Below are positions 1 to 9,800 of a stretch of DNA of 64,000 nt, piece after piece. Made by a program: the position numbers and the translations under genes. How positions within the stretch are numbered: position 1 is the stretch's first letter; the number at the start of each line of letters is the position of its first letter. The stretch is from a virus: positions 4,654 to 68,653 of the IMG/VR virus record IMGVR_UViG_3300045988_108221. The stretch is one strand, 5' to 3'. A model generated the notes under the pieces. That model searched no databases and had not been told where the DNA came from. It saw only the letters and a program-made list of their open reading frames with translations.

Positions 1-421
1 CAGTTTTATTGTCAACTTTTAATTTAAAATGTGGCTCACCAGTAAAGGTTAGATTTGGGTTACCAACCAAAATTGTAGACTGTAAAGCCATTGGAGCATA
101 ATTTGTTCGTGGCATTGGTTTGCCCCAGTTACCTAATAGTGCACTCAACACAGAGTCTACGGTGGAGTCGTCACACCAGATGTTATTTTCTAGCAACTTT
201 TGTCGTGCTTGCTCTGCTTTGGCTGTGCCACCGCCTTGCAGACTTGCAAGCCACTCTTGTTCCGTACCAATGAAACCGTTTCGGACGGCAACACGATATG
301 CATCATCGCCATCTCTACCGTTTATACCGTCTTTCCCTGCTTTTCCCTCAAAATTTGGTATAGCAACATTGACCTGTATAGGGTCAACCAAAGAAATTTT
401 TGTAATAGTATCATCTGCCAT
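1..421 (-). CDS. tail fiber protein, N-terminal part (ORF runs off the left edge)
   Basis: ATG at 421 behind CAGGAGA. Translation MADDTITKISLVDPIQ..GKAGKDGINGRDGDDAYRVAVRNGFIGTEQEWLASLQGG has a collagen-like G-X-Y run plus the AY..A..NGF.GTE.EWL.SL motif common in phage fibers. Absent from the ORF track because it has no stop in the window. Confidence 0.6.
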   Translation of the reverse strand, partial: MADDTITKISLVDPIQVNVAIPNFEGKAGKDGINGRDGDDAYRVAVRNGFIGTEQEWLASLQGGGTAKAEQARQKLLENNIWCDDSTVDSVLSALLGNWGKPMPRTNYAPMALQSTILVGNPNLTFTGEPHFKLKVDNKT

Positions 422-442
422 AGTTTGTCTCCTGTAAAAAAT

Positions 443-781
443 TTAATGCATAGAAATGTCATGGATAATCTCAATATCACCCATGCAAACTTTATAGGAC
501 TTATCATCCTTGAGAAGAAACACATCGTATTTACCCTTGCGTATTCGTTCATCAATACCAAGAGTTGTATCATATCCAATTTGTACCAAGACTTGATTGC
601 CACTAATCGAACACATTGCCGTACACAAGACATTATTTTTCATGTCTCTGATTTTACATACCGCAGATGCATCATCTAGTGTAAAATCAGGGTTTTGACT
701 GTTGATGATATACAGACGTTCCCAATCAGCACCAGTATGTAATGTCTCAGGTACATCAATCACATAGTTGATATTAATCAC
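443..781 (-). CDS. hypothetical protein (distal tail module)
   Basis: 112-aa ORF, co-directional, overlaps the upstream gene by 8 nt; no motif recognised. Confidence 0.45.
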   Translation of the reverse strand: MININYVIDVPETLHTGADWERLYIINSQNPDFTLDDASAVCKIRDMKNNVLCTAMCSISGNQVLVQIGYDTTLGIDERIRKGKYDVFLLKDDKSYKVCMGDIEIIHDISMH

Positions 782-1274
782 CTGCCTTTATTATATTTAG
801 TACAACAGTTATCCACCCAGATATTGTATGCTCAAATGATGTGCTATTATTTTTACAATAAGCAATACCATCTGAGTTGATACCAACGAGATAGTCAGAG
901 CCACGATACAATGGGAACTCTGGAGGTTTAACAATCGCACCAACATTTGGAGAATTAAATCTGTCGTCTGCCATTTGGAATGATACGATTGTTGCCCTGT
1001 ATTTAGAACTTGGGTATTCTTCCGTGTAAACGGCATCCCCATGTTTAATTCTAAAGATTAAGGCTTGAGAAGAACCATTTGATGGATTCTGTGGTTCTTC
1101 TGGGTTAATCTCTGGTTGTTCAATCACATAAGGTTTAATCTCGCCGTTTACCAACTGAATTTCCCATGTGTTGTAGAACTGTTCTGTTTCAATGGCGGTT
1201 GTGCCATCTATGTGTACTTCAATTGGTGATGAACATACGCATAAACCAGTGTTGTTGTCAAATATATAGAACAT
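774..1274 (-). CDS. hypothetical protein (tail-tip module)
   Basis: ORF track gives 774..1331. I prefer ATG 1274 (MFYIFDNN..), which lies 5 nt after the stop of the J-like gene and behind GAAAGG. Confidence 0.5.
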   Translation of the reverse strand: MFYIFDNNTGLCVCSSPIEVHIDGTTAIETEQFYNTWEIQLVNGEIKPYVIEQPEINPEEPQNPSNGSSQALIFRIKHGDAVYTEEYPSSKYRATIVSFQMADDRFNSPNVGAIVKPPEFPLYRGSDYLVGINSDGIAYCKNNSTSFEHTISGWITVVLNIIKAGD

Positions 1275-1279
1275 ATGTT

Positions 1280-4200
1280 TTAACCTTTCTTGCCAATCAC
1301 AAGAACATAAAGAACACCTAAAGCAATCCATTCGGTGTCTCTGTCACCACGGTTGCTATAGTGAGTTGTTGTATTCCATGTACTTTCACATACAGCTTTT
1401 CTATTGTTAAGTCCAACAACACAGTTTAAATCTTTAGCTCCGTATTGAGAATAAATCCATGGTTGTTGACCTTGTAGATAAATAGTGCATCTCCCTATTT
1501 TTCGTTTATTGGCTACATCATATCTTTTTCTACCATCGTAATCGCCAGCGTTACTGTTGTATTTTTCTGTAAAATTATACCCAATAGGAACAAATGTACA
1601 TTCGTTAACACTATAGTTGCCAATCGTTGGAACATCTTGACCGTGAGCTACAGTAAGAATTGCATAGTCTATATTCTTAACTTTATAGCCAGAGTTATAT
1701 ATTGAATCAGCACTAATGGTTGAACCTGTAATATTCGCACCACGGATATTGCCATTTGGGTCTACAGAGAATGTTCCGTTGTCATTTTTAATGGTAGAGC
1801 TTACGATTGTACCACTATGGACATCCCCCAAGTTAGCACTAATGGCACTTAAGGAGTCAGCTTTAATTTTGTCAGCAGTTACTGCATTGGCTTGCAACAT
1901 TTTGTCTGTAATAATGTTGTCGTCAAACTTAGCTTGACCTGTAACATGAAGCAATCGACCATCAATCAATGTGCCTGCGGAAGACAAATTGATTTTCGAT
2001 ACCAGCTTGTCGCCTGTCAAGTTCTCTTCCACTTTAAGCTGGATTGCTTTTTCAGTCTGTGTTAACTGAGAGGACATTTCCGCTTTAGCATCGTCAATCT
2101 TCTTTTGTACAGTTGACGAGATACCATTCACGGTTTGAACCATTTGTGTTACACGACCATCAATAGCGTTAACTTGAGTTAGAATCCCATTCTTAGATTG
2201 TGTGATTTCAGACCGTAGTGTGTTTTCTGTATTAGAAATCTTGGTTGTGTTTGCGGTTACATCGTTCTTAATACCATCTACTTTATCACTAAGAGTAGAC
2301 ACAAAATCTTCAATCGTAGTCAACCCAAGAGCTTCTCTATCCAGCATTTCTGCATCAATAGTTGCTTTGACTTGGACTGTTTGCTCAGGAGAGAACTCAC
2401 CGAGTCCAAAGTAGTCTTCAAAGGCTACGGATACGTTATATAAACCGCCATCGCTATTGTAGACAAACAAAGGTTCTTTAGTTCTATAGTCTGTTCCGTC
2501 AATACGAACAACAGCTTCACAGCCTTTTGGTATAGCATTATAGTTTACTCTAAAAGATTGTAAGAATGATTTAATTGTCACGGATGGAGCGGTTGGTTTT
2601 GGTAGATTGTACCCATACTTAGTAGGAGCACTATAGACTTCCTCTGAATTGACTGCATAGACCCAAACAGTACCACTTCGACCAATTCGTGTTAAATCAA
2701 TCTCTCCGCTGATTTCAGATGTCATTAATAACAGATTATTCTCTGTAAGAGATTCAGATGAGCGTACCTCATATCGGTCTATATCAGCGGTTGTTACACG
2801 TTTCCACGAGATAGTTACACTCTCTTTTGTAAATCTAATGGTAACATTCTCTGGTGCAGATGGATTACCAATTTTTGGAACAATCGTATGTGTGTATGTT
2901 ACCATTGACTCTTCGTGTGGTAATTCTTTAGAATCATATGGTATAATTCTGAAATGAACTTTATCGTTTTTGTTTAAGCCAATCACAGGCATTATACCAT
3001 GGCTAACACCATAAACTTTCCAATCACCAAGTACACCATTGCGTTCAATCTGAACAGACACTTGTGAGTATCCATAGTTAACATCGTTTGGCTCTGTAAA
3101 CACAAGCATAGCATCATATGTTGGAATACCATTGACTTTTTGACGGTATACCTGTTCAACAGATACATTTTCTACAGGCTTAACAGTTTCTGGTAACAGA
3201 TTAATTTCTTTAGAATTATCACCTGTTGGAGCGAATACTTTTAAGGATGCACCAAATGCATCGTCGTAGATTGACGGATTGTATTGTTTAGCAGAGATTT
3301 CAAACGTACCGTCTTCTTCTTTCATCTCGACAATACGAACTTGTTGGTTTTCAAACAAGGTTTGTTTTTCGCCGTTTTCATCAATGTATGTTTTTGTGAT
3401 TGTAACGACATCGCCAGCTTCAAGATGAGAAGCCATAAGACCTGTCTTGAATGTGACAGTAATCGGACACAAACGAATAATGTCTCGTGCAATTTTCCCA
3501 AGTCGTAAACATTGCGTTTGTCTGCGGACACCTTTGAACTCAATGTCTTGCTCCACAGGACGACCAATACCAATCGGTGGTGGTAATTGGTTTGTCGCAT
3601 CTTCTACAATTAATTTAACCGCAGTATAATCCAATGCAGGTTCAACATAAGTCAAATTAAACTTGTTTGGACTTTGTTCAATAGATGCTCCTTTATAGGA
3701 TAAAGAGTTTTCAACGATATTGTCGTCATTAAATGCATATACAGGCGTTTCCAATCGTTCACACCGTAGCTTGATTTTATTGTTTGAAAACACAACGAAT
3801 CCAAGGAACGAATTTAATATTGACTGCATATTTTCTAAATGAGATTTTGTCTCATTAAGAATAATATCAAGTTCATATCGCTTTTCTGACTTGGTAACAC
3901 CATATGGGTCATTATATGTAATAACTTCATCGCAGTAGTTCGCAACATCCGTAAATGATTCCATGTCAAGAACATCTGGTGTAATATATTTACCAGCACC
4001 ATAAACATCGTTTGTTAAGTAATCATACAAACATACAGCTGGGTTTTTAGAGTATTCTGTCTTCCCTGTACGCCAATCATATACCTTGCGACCACGAACG
4101 ATAGCTGTAATTGTTGGATTTCCTGCACCCATTTTATCAGTATATCGCAAATCTGCAACCATATACGCAATATTTGGATAACCACCTGTAGTTTTATAAG

Positions 4201-5131
4201 TCGATGGAGCTTCAGCATCGTGTTGTCCATTGTATAAGATAACAGTACTGTCTTTTGCATCTTGCTCGCCGTTCGTGGTGAAGAAAACGTCTTTTTTATA
4301 ACATGGCAATACATCTGTTGTTTGTATTTTGTTTGGTGAGTCTTGACAGATAACAGGGTCAACAAGTTCCCATCCGTCTTTTTGTAAATCAGATAAATAT
4401 GTGTCGCCTAAGATAATTTGGTAGACTTTGCCAAAGGTATTACACGCAAGAGAATACTTGTCGTCAATCTTCGTGTTATCTTCGGTTAAGAAAATGTATG
4501 TTTCCTTACCGTTTGCCTTGAGTACTAACTTAGGGTATTTATTAAAGTCTTTATAGTCAATATCGTCTTGATAAATGGATTGTTGTGATGTAGATGGTAA
4601 TTGTACTAGACCTCTAAAGCCTTTAGACGGTGCAGAACCACCTGTAATTTGAGCGGTTGCATCTTGCCATTTATTGTTTCGGATGCCGAATATATTGACT
4701 TTCCTCGATACAGAGTTACCATCTTTAATAGGCAGTAAATATCCATTGGCAGTTGCACCGAAGAAACCATCAATTTCGCCCTCCCCAACGATAACATGCT
4801 TCAACAGTTTGCGACCGTTAACATCCATATGATGGTATGTTTGTAAACCACCAGCCTTAGACTGACCGTAAATAATTGGGATTGTACCCTCAGATGTTAC
4901 TTGGTTGTTCTTGGAGTCAAACGTAGACTCTGGTGTGCGGTTCTTTTGTTTGTCAAACAGACCACCAATGGCAGAACCGAGAGATAGACCATACATGGCT
5001 GCGGTAAATGCTTTTACACCACCAAGGAACGCCCATGGAGCACCAGCACCGAAACCAAAGGCGATAGCCGCAGCAAGTCCGAGGAACTTACCAACACGAC
5101 CTTTACCGCCTTTTCCTCCGCCTTTACCCAT
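1280..5131 (-). CDS. host-specificity / central tail fiber protein (lambda J-like)
   Basis: 1283 aa, follows the L-like gene. Gly-rich hydrophobic N-terminus, FN3-like segment (PSAPENVTIRFTKESVTISWKRV), coiled-coil and fiber-like C-terminal third. Confidence 0.8.
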   Translation of the reverse strand: MGKGGGKGGKGRVGKFLGLAAAIAFGFGAGAPWAFLGGVKAFTAAMYGLSLGSAIGGLFDKQKNRTPESTFDSKNNQVTSEGTIPIIYGQSKAGGLQTYHHMDVNGRKLLKHVIVGEGEIDGFFGATANGYLLPIKDGNSVSRKVNIFGIRNNKWQDATAQITGGSAPSKGFRGLVQLPSTSQQSIYQDDIDYKDFNKYPKLVLKANGKETYIFLTEDNTKIDDKYSLACNTFGKVYQIILGDTYLSDLQKDGWELVDPVICQDSPNKIQTTDVLPCYKKDVFFTTNGEQDAKDSTVILYNGQHDAEAPSTYKTTGGYPNIAYMVADLRYTDKMGAGNPTITAIVRGRKVYDWRTGKTEYSKNPAVCLYDYLTNDVYGAGKYITPDVLDMESFTDVANYCDEVITYNDPYGVTKSEKRYELDIILNETKSHLENMQSILNSFLGFVVFSNNKIKLRCERLETPVYAFNDDNIVENSLSYKGASIEQSPNKFNLTYVEPALDYTAVKLIVEDATNQLPPPIGIGRPVEQDIEFKGVRRQTQCLRLGKIARDIIRLCPITVTFKTGLMASHLEAGDVVTITKTYIDENGEKQTLFENQQVRIVEMKEEDGTFEISAKQYNPSIYDDAFGASLKVFAPTGDNSKEINLLPETVKPVENVSVEQVYRQKVNGIPTYDAMLVFTEPNDVNYGYSQVSVQIERNGVLGDWKVYGVSHGIMPVIGLNKNDKVHFRIIPYDSKELPHEESMVTYTHTIVPKIGNPSAPENVTIRFTKESVTISWKRVTTADIDRYEVRSSESLTENNLLLMTSEISGEIDLTRIGRSGTVWVYAVNSEEVYSAPTKYGYNLPKPTAPSVTIKSFLQSFRVNYNAIPKGCEAVVRIDGTDYRTKEPLFVYNSDGGLYNVSVAFEDYFGLGEFSPEQTVQVKATIDAEMLDREALGLTTIEDFVSTLSDKVDGIKNDVTANTTKISNTENTLRSEITQSKNGILTQVNAIDGRVTQMVQTVNGISSTVQKKIDDAKAEMSSQLTQTEKAIQLKVEENLTGDKLVSKINLSSAGTLIDGRLLHVTGQAKFDDNIITDKMLQANAVTADKIKADSLSAISANLGDVHSGTIVSSTIKNDNGTFSVDPNGNIRGANITGSTISADSIYNSGYKVKNIDYAILTVAHGQDVPTIGNYSVNECTFVPIGYNFTEKYNSNAGDYDGRKRYDVANKRKIGRCTIYLQGQQPWIYSQYGAKDLNCVVGLNNRKAVCESTWNTTTHYSNRGDRDTEWIALGVLYVLVIGKKG

Positions 5132-5145
5132 ATGTCACCTGCTTT

Positions 5146-5964
5146 CTATGTTCTTACCGTAAATTCAAATGGTACGGACAAGAATCCTGCATATCGTTTT
5201 TGATTGTTATGTCTCTTGCAGTCAGATGGAGTTTTATCACATCCAGCTTGCACCGTACATTGTTTATTTAATAAAAAGTTTGTCGCTTGTAATAGCGGAT
5301 ATTCTAACTTGACAGTCTTATTAGTTATAAAACCAACGATTTTTCTTGCTTCACCCTCAACAATTAATACTCCATTGGTATAATCTTGTTCGGATACAAC
5401 GGCATTTAATGTGACTTCATATCCATTGTTTGTTTGTTGAATGTTTGTAATCGTTGGGTTCATCTGCTTAACAACGGCTTTGCATGATGCATCGCCAAAT
5501 ACAGATGTACAAGAGTATTGCGACCTACGACCGCCACGCACGTTTGGAACATCGCTTGTGACTGTTACCTTAAAGATGCCGTCACTAGATAGTTCTGGTG
5601 AGTCAACTCGCCCCATGAACACAGGTTTAACCAATCGGTTATTCGCAAGTGACTCAGGATATAAGATTCTGTAGATATATATACGACTGCCTGTAAATGG
5701 AATACCCTTGAATAACAGTTGTGTAAATTTGTCGGTCGCATTAGAGATTTCTAACTCGCATGAGTCGATAGAACTATCAACGGTTTTATTAATTTCACCT
5801 CGGCGTATCGGCAACGCCAAGTATGTCTGACCGTTGAATTGTATATTTATATCACATGAGCATAAATATAATGTCATGTTTGGGATATGCACTTCGTATA
5901 ATTCGATGTCAAACACCGAACCGCTTTCCAAAGCATCACGAAATGCAACAGGTAGATTAATCAT
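5146..5964 (-). CDS. minor tail protein L-like (tail tip)
   Basis: 272 aa. The C-terminal Cys cluster GCDKTPSDCKRHNNQKRYAGFLSVP resembles lambda gpL CSKCLSGCKFRNNVGNFGGFLSI. Lies directly upstream of the J-like gene. Confidence 0.65.
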   Translation of the reverse strand: MINLPVAFRDALESGSVFDIELYEVHIPNMTLYLCSCDINIQFNGQTYLALPIRRGEINKTVDSSIDSCELEISNATDKFTQLLFKGIPFTGSRIYIYRILYPESLANNRLVKPVFMGRVDSPELSSDGIFKVTVTSDVPNVRGGRRSQYSCTSVFGDASCKAVVKQMNPTITNIQQTNNGYEVTLNAVVSEQDYTNGVLIVEGEARKIVGFITNKTVKLEYPLLQATNFLLNKQCTVQAGCDKTPSDCKRHNNQKRYAGFLSVPFEFTVRT

Positions 5965-5975
5965 ACATCCTCCTG

Positions 5976-6350
5976 TTAGATTACTTTTTCAATTTGAACG
6001 CTTGCCGTGAAACCAACAGCATTGCCATGAGTACCATTCTCAATAGTAAAATCTCGTAGCACTTTCAGATTAAATTCGTTGGTTGCGAAACGGCAGATTT
6101 GGTCTTTACCAAACTCATCGGTAAACACAAAATGCCTTGTGTTACCACCAACTGTTTCACAAAAGTCTTCAAATATCTTTTGTTGCTCAGTTGTTCCTCG
6201 TAAGCTGATATTCCAAGTTCTTGTCGGTGTTACCGCATTTTGTCGCACTTGTTTTTTACCACTTGCGAATACGACTTCTTGTGTAGCGAACTTTAGACCT
6301 TTTTCAACCTCGAATATATACGGTAAAGGAAACTTTGGTAATTGTGCCAT
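5976..6350 (-). CDS. minor tail protein (gpM-like size and position)
   Basis: 124 aa, lies between the P60-like and L-like genes; assignment rests on synteny only. Confidence 0.4.
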   Translation of the reverse strand: MAQLPKFPLPYIFEVEKGLKFATQEVVFASGKKQVRQNAVTPTRTWNISLRGTTEQQKIFEDFCETVGGNTRHFVFTDEFGKDQICRFATNEFNLKVLRDFTIENGTHGNAVGFTASVQIEKVI

Positions 6351-6769
6351 TAGTTATTCCTTTCTTGACGGAAACCACAATAGAACAATGGTTGCCAATA
6401 ACTGCGTTTAAATACAGCAGATAGAGACTGATTGGTAACACAAGGAACTTGCATCGCCAGTATTTGTCCATTTTGTAGATATACCCCTGTGTGTAAATCT
6501 CCGTCAACATTAAATACAACAACATCTCCATGTTGAAGATTGTCCGCATCTCTGACTTTATCGAAATGTTTCAATAAATATCGCAAGAGTCTCATTTGAT
6601 GGTTCTTGTGAAAATCTTCACAGGACACAGGGTCTTTCTTCCCATCGTCAAAACAATGTGTATATCCATGGTCTTTATACCACATACGGCATATGTCAGC
6701 ACAATGGTATTGACCTTTGGTTTTATCAAAGCCATATTTCAAGCCAAGGTATTTTGTTATGTCTTCCAT
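6350..6769 (-). CDS. NlpC/P60-family tail-associated peptidase (gpK-like)
   Basis: Has YHCADICRMWY (Cys nucleophile context) and GDVVVFNVDGDLHTGVYLQNG (His context), both typical of NlpC/P60. Confidence 0.55.
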   Translation of the reverse strand: MEDITKYLGLKYGFDKTKGQYHCADICRMWYKDHGYTHCFDDGKKDPVSCEDFHKNHQMRLLRYLLKHFDKVRDADNLQHGDVVVFNVDGDLHTGVYLQNGQILAMQVPCVTNQSLSAVFKRSYWQPLFYCGFRQERNN

Positions 6770-6783
6770 ATGACCTCCATAGT

Positions 6784-6815
6784 AAAAACAATAGAGGGGG
6801 TATTCGCCCCTCTAT
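6784..6815 (-). terminator. hairpin plus T-run after the tape measure gene
   Basis: Stem ATAGAGGGG (6791-6799) / CCCCTCTAT (6807-6815), 7-nt loop, followed on the minus strand by TGTTTTT. Confidence 0.55.
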
Positions 6816-6844
6816 CTATAGTATCAAACATTCGACTTTTGTAA
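6810..6844 (-). promoter_or_regulatory. 35-bp late-promoter-like element, copy R3
   Basis: Minus-strand TTACAAAAGTCGAATGTTTGATACTATAGATAGAG. 26 of 35 positions are invariant across all three copies (R1 20786-20820, R2 22723-22757, R3). Confidence 0.5.
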
Positions 6845-6851
6845 CAAGATT

Positions 6852-9800
6852 TTATGCTTGTTTTAATTTCCCAAGAGCAATCAGTTTTTGGTACTTAGAC
6901 AAGAAGTCTTGGTCGGATATTGTTTGTTTAACAAACACAGGTTGAGCGATAGATTGTTGTGAACCAGAACTATTGTTCGCCATATAGTTCATGCCCTTAG
7001 TCATAGCATGAGTATTAGCAACCATTTGATTCATCAATCGGTCTTGCCTTTTAGTTGCATCCGACATAGCACCATTCTTTGTTTCCTCATGTTGCCACTT
7101 AGGTTCAATACCACTTGTTACACCAACACCAAGGTCTTTTGCCGCTTGATTCAATAGTTGACGACCTCGTGCTTTATCTGAGGTTGGGATAATCCATTCC
7201 TTTTTATCACCCTCACCAACACGAACTAATTGGTCTTTGTCAACAGAACCACCGCCAGCGAATTTCAATAGACCAAATTGTTTAGCAAAACCCATGACAG
7301 TACTGAGAGTACCCATCCACTTGTTATTGCCACCACCAGCAATTTTCATGCCAGCGTTGATATATTGAGATACATCGGTTTTACCGTCTTTGTCTTTAGT
7401 TGTCTCAGGTAAGTCTACATTACCTTTTTCACCTTGGACATTACCATAGATTACCGCATCGGTAAATGTCGCTTGTTGCCAAGCAGTACCGTTTTGAGTG
7501 TTAGCCATGAATGTTTCAAAGTTTTTATCAAGGTTTCGTGTAGATTGAGCAGTCAACATTTGATGGTTTAGACTTTCGTCAATACCTCCAATGTTTTTAC
7601 CGTCTTTCCCATCGCCACCCAACACAGGATTGATACCTTTTTGATATTTCTTATCGAATCTCTTTAGTAAGTTCTGTAGCAAACCACCATTACCGTCTTG
7701 GATTTTAAATATCATTTTTAAGGCATCTTCGGCAAGTTGTTTCCACAAGTCTTTCCACACATCTTTAAACTTTTTGCCCTCAAAGATTAATCCGTGGAAT
7801 ACATCGTGTGTTTGTTGCTTGATGTTTTTATTGAGTGCATTGCCTGTTTTCTTGATTTGAACCTCAAGTTTCTTAAGCTCAAGACCAGCCTTGCGAATGT
7901 CAGCTTCGGTATATTCAGAGTCACCACGCTTAAAGGCTGCAACCATATCTTGGTATTTCTTGACTTTAATCATATACTCTTCAACCAAACGATTGACAGT
8001 ACGTACATCAGACACCCAGAAGTTTTCAGATGTTCCTGCAATATCACGGTCTAAATCTTCGTTCTCATGACGGTCTTTCATCATTTGAACGGCTTCGTCA
8101 TAGTCTTTATCACGGTATTTATCTTGAAGACGATGAGTCATAGTTGCTTCATATTTCTTCATCGTTTCTTGAAGACTTTTGACATTGGCTTGAGGATTGA
8201 GTTTTAATAGCTCATCAATCTCTTTTTGCATGCTCTTGATTTTTTCAGTTAAAGATGCCGTTTCTTTTGCAAAATCGGCTTGCTCTTTCGGCTTCATGGC
8301 ATTTTCCATCTCAAGCTGTTCTTTGGCAAGTTTTAGGGCAATGTTTTCAACTTTCTTTTGTTTTTCAATGAGTTTGTTAGCACGATTGTCAGCAGTTTTA
8401 TCCTCATCGCCATAACCATTGTTTGCAAGGGCACGAGCCTTTTGTTGCCGCACCCAGTTATGCTCTTGAGAAGAGCGTTCAACATATTTATCAAAATATG
8501 ATGCATATTCTTCTGGTGTACCATTGACAGATTCACTAAGAACCTTTTGCCAATTACCACGTTCTTTATGTTGCAATTCATACACAAGGAACGCAAGTTG
8601 TGTTTCAAAAGCAGTATAATCAGACTGATTATCTCTTGCGAATTGTTTTAAGTCTTCTAAGCGACTGCCTTGCCATTGAGCAATACCGTACGCACCTGTA
8701 CCGTCTTCCGCCCATGGACGAATATCGTCAAAAGATTCTACTTGTAGATTACCTACGATACCATATGCTTGGTTAACAGAAAACCCTTGTTTTACCAAGA
8801 AATCAATGGCTGCACCAACACGAGTCTCTGCCAAAGGGTTCTTTTGTTTTTTACTTGAGGACTTGCCTTTTTTGCCCTTAGATTCGTCACCTGCTCCATC
8901 TGGTAGTTCGCTTCGTGCATAATCACCTGTGTTACCGCCACCGATAGCACCGCCACCTGCATGACCTGAGTTTGCAGTCATATCCAACTCATTAAGTTTT
9001 TCCGCTTGTTCAACCCTGATATTAGCGATTGCTCGTGCATTAAGTTTTGCGATACTGTCTTGAGCTTCATCTTGCCATTGTTTAGCCATTGATAAAGACT
9101 CTTGAGAGATATTCATTTGGTGTTCGGTTTCAGCCATGCGGTTTTCAAACGCTTGTGCACCTTGTAGGTCTCCCTCTGCTCTTCTTGCTTCGGCTTCGGC
9201 TTTATCTTCTTCAAGTTGTTTCTTGAGGTCTTCAATCCGTGCGTTTGCACGTTTTTCTTTCCATTCGCCAATGATTTGTAACAACTTAGCATAAGCCATT
9301 TGAGCAAGACCAACCCAGCCGATATACTCTTTCAATATAGCCATTCGTCTAATCCAACTGGTTTCTTCGCTTTTGAGAGAGTCTATATTCGCATTGGTTG
9401 CCGCTCTTAATTGATTTGCCGTCTCAGCAATGGCTGCACGTTCGTCTTCGGCTGACTTTTGAAGTTCTTCTTTCTTGCGAGTAATTGCATCTTGTGCTCT
9501 TTGGCTTTGCTCTTCGGCACTATCTGCGGCAAGCACATAAGCAGTCTCTTCTTCACCCAAAATGGCAATAAGTCCTTGTTCTGATTCTTGGACTTGGTTT
9601 TGTAGAGTGATTCGTTCCTGTTCAGATGTTGCTGTGTCTTTTATTTTTTCTTGTAATCGAGAATGGATGGTAATATATTGTTCTGCAACCCCTCTAGCTT
9701 CTTCCATTCTTGCCGCAGTCTCTTCGTATTGTTGAGCTAGCTTTTGGTGTGCTGAATAATCTTCATATAGAGACTTAGTTGTATCTTGTGATGCAGTATA